A stretch of 64,000 nucleotides of DNA from an uncultured Candidatus Poseidoniales archaeon (lineage in GTDB: Archaea > Thermoplasmatota > Poseidoniia > Poseidoniales > Thalassarchaeaceae): the NCBI GenBank assembly GCA_902593945.1, contig CACJKA010000002.1, positions 80,807 through 144,806 on the forward strand, in the 5' to 3' direction. The notes below the pieces were generated by a model, which saw nothing but the letters and a program-made list of their open reading frames with translations, was not told the origin of the DNA and ran no database searches. A program made the position numbers and the translations under genes. Below are positions 60,541-64,000 of this stretch, in pieces (position 1 is the stretch's first letter; each line of letters opens with the position of its first letter).

Positions 60541-60609
60541 GGCCTCTCGGACTCTTCGAAAAGATTCCTTCTCAAGAAGATGACGCATTGTGAGATGTCT
60601 TATTTTGGA

Positions 60610-62031
60610 TTATTCTGAAACGGAAAGTGCTAATCTTCTAACTGCCTCGGCCGCATCTGTCATCCTCACACCCGCACTTTCAGGGTGAAGGCTAGATGTG
60701 AGAGTTGTATGCATGACCGTAGAAGAAAGAGTTATTCCGTCTTCGCCGTTTATTGTTACTTGTACCGGGTGGGGCCCTGAAACAGTGCTAGGCCATGCAA
60801 CGCCTATCCACAATACCAGAGCCGCATCTAGTAATCCATCGAGAGTTACTATTTCCTTAGTCTCTGTCTTTTTACAGGGTACCCTCAGAGTCTGTATTTC
60901 CGGTTCGCCATGAGCAGTTACGATTTCAACTTCAATAGTCATATCATATTTACTACCGTTATGGACCATTACGAAAAGATCGGATTGGCCGTCGGAAGAT
61001 CTTGGCGGTAAATCTAGGTCCATTCGCCAATTATTTTCACTTAGACTTAATTCTCCATTTTTTGACGCATCATGTAATCTATCGATCAAGCGGAATAACC
61101 CCGGTTGCCAAGCCCTAGTATGCGCTAAAAGTCTCTGAATAGTATTGATATTGATTTTGTTTTCCGGATTTGTTAGATAATCCATGGAAGAAATTTTGTA
61201 AACTTCTTTTATCGAGTGGAGCATTTCTTCATTTGACAATAATCTTCTAGCATTCAGGTGTAATGCGGCTAACATATGCTCTAAAGCAGCTGCAGGTTGA
61301 TGGCCGTCCCTTACCATATCTGACAAATCATTTGACCAATCGTCCCAGCTACCTGCTGTTTCCGGATCTAAGTGTGCAACCAATACGTCAGTTAGTACTC
61401 TTTCCAATATACTATCGTGTAAAGTAGGGGCATGTAAGGAAAGGAGAGGAAAACGTCTAGAACGCATAGGTATTGATCCTTCTAAGTAGAAGGTATTCAA
61501 CCAACAAATAAAACCTAAAATTACGGCGAAGGTTATCAAAATTTGTCCAAGGACATATCCTGTTTCAAGCTCCCACACTGCGAACAAAGATAGGGCTGCT
61601 AATAGTGATGAAAAGAGCCTGACTCTTTCTCTGAGTACTCTCTCATGAAGGGTGTTGAGAATTCTTTCAACACCAGGATAGGCTTCTTTAGATTTGAAAC
61701 CACCAATTCTCAATTGGAGACGATGTCTTGCAGACATCCTAGCGAAAACAGAAGAAATATTAGGGGGTATGAGAAGTAAGAAATTTACAGCAAATATTAC
61801 TATTGCTAATTGTAAAGACGAATATTCCCAATTAGTTAGAATTACTCCCGCCGAGGTTGGGGCTGCTATAGAAAACCAAAACCTGATGGAAGGAGTGTAC
61901 CTAATTGTTGATACCCAAGTCCAGAATCTCCTCTGAGAATCGATTCTTTCGACTCTTTTTGAAAATGCCTTGTCGTCGCCCAAAGTTACCTCTGCGTAAG
62001 GAGTAGGTAACATCTCTTTAGGAGCAGGCAT
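60610..62031 (-). CDS. Hypothetical membrane protein
   Basis: 473 aa; about four N-terminal TM segments followed by a soluble region. Confidence 0.72.
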   Translation of the reverse strand: MPAPKEMLPTPYAEVTLGDDKAFSKRVERIDSQRRFWTWVSTIRYTPSIRFWFSIAAPTSAGVILTNWEYSSLQLAIVIFAVNFLLLIPPNISSVFARMSARHRLQLRIGGFKSKEAYPGVERILNTLHERVLRERVRLFSSLLAALSLFAVWELETGYVLGQILITFAVILGFICWLNTFYLEGSIPMRSRRFPLLSLHAPTLHDSILERVLTDVLVAHLDPETAGSWDDWSNDLSDMVRDGHQPAAALEHMLAALHLNARRLLSNEEMLHSIKEVYKISSMDYLTNPENKININTIQRLLAHTRAWQPGLFRLIDRLHDASKNGELSLSENNWRMDLDLPPRSSDGQSDLFVMVHNGSKYDMTIEVEIVTAHGEPEIQTLRVPCKKTETKEIVTLDGLLDAALVLWIGVAWPSTVSGPHPVQVTINGEDGITLSSTVMHTTLTSSLHPESAGVRMTDAAEAVRRLALSVSE

Positions 62032-62137
62032 GGCTCTACGAAGTAGTCAATATCCTTGATGCCATCGGAAGATTTTCTCAAAAATATAGGATTTTAACGA
62101 CCATCACATTTCTTGAAGCACATGCTCTCGCATATAC

Positions 62138-62214
62138 GGGCGATTAGTGTAGTCTGGATATCACCTTGGCCTCCTAAGCCGAGAACCCGGGTTCAAATCC
62201 TGGATCGCCCGCCA
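62138..62214 (+). tRNA. tRNA-Arg(CCT), CCA encoded
   Basis: GGGCGATTAGTGTAGTCTGGATATCACCTTGGCCT-CCT-AAGCCGAGAACCCGGGTTCAAATCCTGGATCGCCCGCCA folds as a cloverleaf. Confidence 0.95.
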
Positions 62215-63354
62215 CTAAGAAAATACGAGTCCGTGACTTCTTCCAGCCTTTGCAACACGGTGAAGGAATTGTTCTAATGGTATTCTGGCATGCATTGAAT
62301 TTTGCAAGTTTTTATCACAATCTGCTAATGCATCCAATATTTCACATCTTAATTCATCAGTAATTGAAATTCTTCTACCAATGACCACCTCATGAATCTG
62401 TGAAATAACGTCTTCGGAATCTAATCCATATTCATTCATTAATTTGTCAATTTCTGCTATAGCGCCCGAAAGAATTTTCTTATTTCTACCATTCCTTTTC
62501 TCCCATTTCCATTCTACTACTTTGCCTCTTAAAGCGAGTTCAAGAAGGTGTCTACCAGCTTGCAGGGTTGTGGCTTGAATCAGTTTATGTACCGCTGATC
62601 TATCTGATGATAGGCCTCTCGAATCAAGCATTTCCAATGTAAAAATTGATTTTCTAAGATTGCCTTTACATACGTATACGATATCTCCAATCACTCCTTC
62701 ATTTTTTTCAACGTTCTCTTTATCACATATAGAATTCAAGGTCGAAACTAATTGTTCTGTAGATGTGGACGGAATTCTTATCATTTGTGTTCTGGACCTT
62801 AATGCATCAATAATCCTACTCGGAGCTCTGGCGACTAAAATAAATCTAGAGGCATTGCCGACTGTTTCCATCATACGGCGAAGATAGGCTTGGCGGATAT
62901 GGCCTAAATGGTCTGCATCTTCTAAAACAATAACTCTGCTAACGGGTACTTGTCCTTCTGGGATATCTATTTCTCGGCCTGCAGGAGGTAAATCGGATTC
63001 TTTAGTCTGCATAATTCCTCTATCAAAAGCATCCAAAGACATACGTCCAGCTAATGTATCAGAAGAAGTGGTGCCGCCCGGTCTCAAAAAATTTTCAAAT
63101 TTGGCCATGGCACCACTAGATCTTGCCAAATCTCGGCATTGTAAAATGTGTGTAGTAGATTTCCACCCTGGGCCAAGCATTTGCCTAGCAACTAATTTCC
63201 AAGATGCTGTCTTTCCAACTCCGGCGGGTCCCGTAATTAGTAAATTTGGAGGATTTGGAGATAAACTAGCAGAAGTTAATGCTTGGCGCAAATTTTGAGG
63301 TATAGAGAGTTCTGCAAAAGTTCGTGGAGAATGTTGACTAAGCCAGCTTGCCAC
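62215..63354 (-). CDS. Divergent replication factor C small-subunit-like AAA+ protein
   Basis: W...HSPRTF.EL, LLITGPAGVGKT (Walker A), VIVLEDADHL (Walker B variant), LRRMME, IIDALRSR and GNLRK. Confidence 0.85.
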   Translation of the reverse strand: MASWLSQHSPRTFAELSIPQNLRQALTSASLSPNPPNLLITGPAGVGKTASWKLVARQMLGPGWKSTTHILQCRDLARSSGAMAKFENFLRPGGTTSSDTLAGRMSLDAFDRGIMQTKESDLPPAGREIDIPEGQVPVSRVIVLEDADHLGHIRQAYLRRMMETVGNASRFILVARAPSRIIDALRSRTQMIRIPSTSTEQLVSTLNSICDKENVEKNEGVIGDIVYVCKGNLRKSIFTLEMLDSRGLSSDRSAVHKLIQATTLQAGRHLLELALRGKVVEWKWEKRNGRNKKILSGAIAEIDKLMNEYGLDSEDVISQIHEVVIGRRISITDELRCEILDALADCDKNLQNSMHARIPLEQFLHRVAKAGRSHGLVFS

Positions 63355-63394
63355 GGCATAGCGTCAAAGTGAGGGCTCTTGAATTGAACGATTT

Positions 63395-63664
63395 TTATTC
63401 TGCCTTCAAAATCTTATGACGGCCGCCTTTACGAGGCTTGACAAATATTCTGTAACCGCAGGATCTACATGATTTTCCTGTTGAGCCTGCTTCAGTCCAT
63501 GTTAATTGTCCACAACGAAGACATTTGTATCGTATTTCCAAAGGATCCATTGCGGACTCACAATGGTTGCACCTAGGTAGTTCGGTTTCACTCCATGGCC
63601 TTCTGTCAGTACGGTTGCACTGGCGGCATTTGTGAAGAATTAGTTTCTCAGCGCTCTTTACCAT
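63395..63664 (-). CDS. rpoP: RNA polymerase subunit P (Rpo12)-like protein with an extra N-terminal Zn ribbon
   Basis: C-terminal YKCLRCG...CRSCGYRIFVKPR...LKAE matches the Rpo12 pattern, preceded by CRQC...CNHC. Confidence 0.7.
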   Translation of the reverse strand: MVKSAEKLILHKCRQCNRTDRRPWSETELPRCNHCESAMDPLEIRYKCLRCGQLTWTEAGSTGKSCRSCGYRIFVKPRKGGRHKILKAE

Positions 63665-63707
63665 CAAACCCGCCGACTGGCGCACCCTTCTTCAATCTGT
63701 GGTTGAA

Positions 63708-64000
63708 TTATTGAGCGCTACGTGCCCTCAAACAGACTGCAACAAAGTTCTCAAAAATCTTGGCCCCATACTCGGAGTCATTCACTTCTGGATGGAATTG
63801 GAGTCCAAATCGGTCACTTGTATCGTTCTCCATAGCTTGAACTGCACAGTTATCACTTACTGCTGTGATTTTGAATCCCTTTGGAACGTCAATGACCTCG
63901 TCATTATGACTCTCCCAGACTCCTTGTTTCTCTGGAGTTTCAATAAATAATTCTCCCCCCCCATCGATCAATTCTATTGTTGCTGCCCCGAATTCTGGTC
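63708..64000 (-). CDS. guaAA: GMP synthase glutamine amidotransferase subunit A, partial: N-terminus beyond the right edge
   Basis: The frame stays open to the window edge: PEFGAATIEL...VWESHNDEV...FGLQFHPEV. Confidence 0.88.
   Translation of the reverse strand, partial: PEFGAATIELIDGGGELFIETPEKQGVWESHNDEVIDVPKGFKITAVSDNCAVQAMENDTSDRFGLQFHPEVNDSEYGAKIFENFVAVCLRARSAQ

Noticed and set aside
10709..62214. tRNA genes as integration sites for a provirus or island
   Set aside because: No duplicated tRNA 3' end, integrase or viral genes were seen, and the flanking genes are housekeeping-like.
1014..63950. Many short 60-130 aa ORFs nested in or antisense to long genes
   Set aside because: They overlap well-supported genes, have no recognisable motifs and are expected shadow frames.

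Overview
Gene-dense, AT-rich (by eye about 35-40% GC) archaeal chromosomal segment. The marker genes are archaeal: TFB, topoisomerase VI A/B, Rpo10, an Rpo12-like protein, eL18-uL13-uS9, Trm1 and two PAC2 chaperones. They sit beside many bacterial-type genes (NAD-dependent LigA, PanD, RlmH, NfuA, a PlsC-like acyltransferase, Icd, class II RNR) and giant acidic surface proteins. This mix fits Marine Group II Euryarchaeota (Ca. Poseidoniales), which is an inference. About 45 CDSs and 3 tRNA genes (Arg-GCG, Pro-GGG, Arg-CCT) are supported. No CRISPR array, rRNA, integrase or transposase was seen. The most notable items are: (1) a 1.7k-aa membrane-anchored protein built like an integrin alpha subunit (seven propeller-like repeats with a MIDAS vWA domain inserted in blade 4, then an Ig-like stalk, TM helix and short tail); (2) a 2.66k-aa protein with thrombospondin type-3-like Ca-binding repeats, a ligand-less cupredoxin insert and a DUF4129-like tail; (3) a triple solute-binding lipoprotein with a circularly permuted family-3 domain and a 67-bp identical internal repeat; (4) an SdhA/NadB-like flavoprotein lacking the catalytic residues; (5) a helical-repeat protein with a C-terminal PIN domain, and a solo Cas4/AddB-like nuclease. 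All calls rest on motif recognition by eye; no database searches were run.
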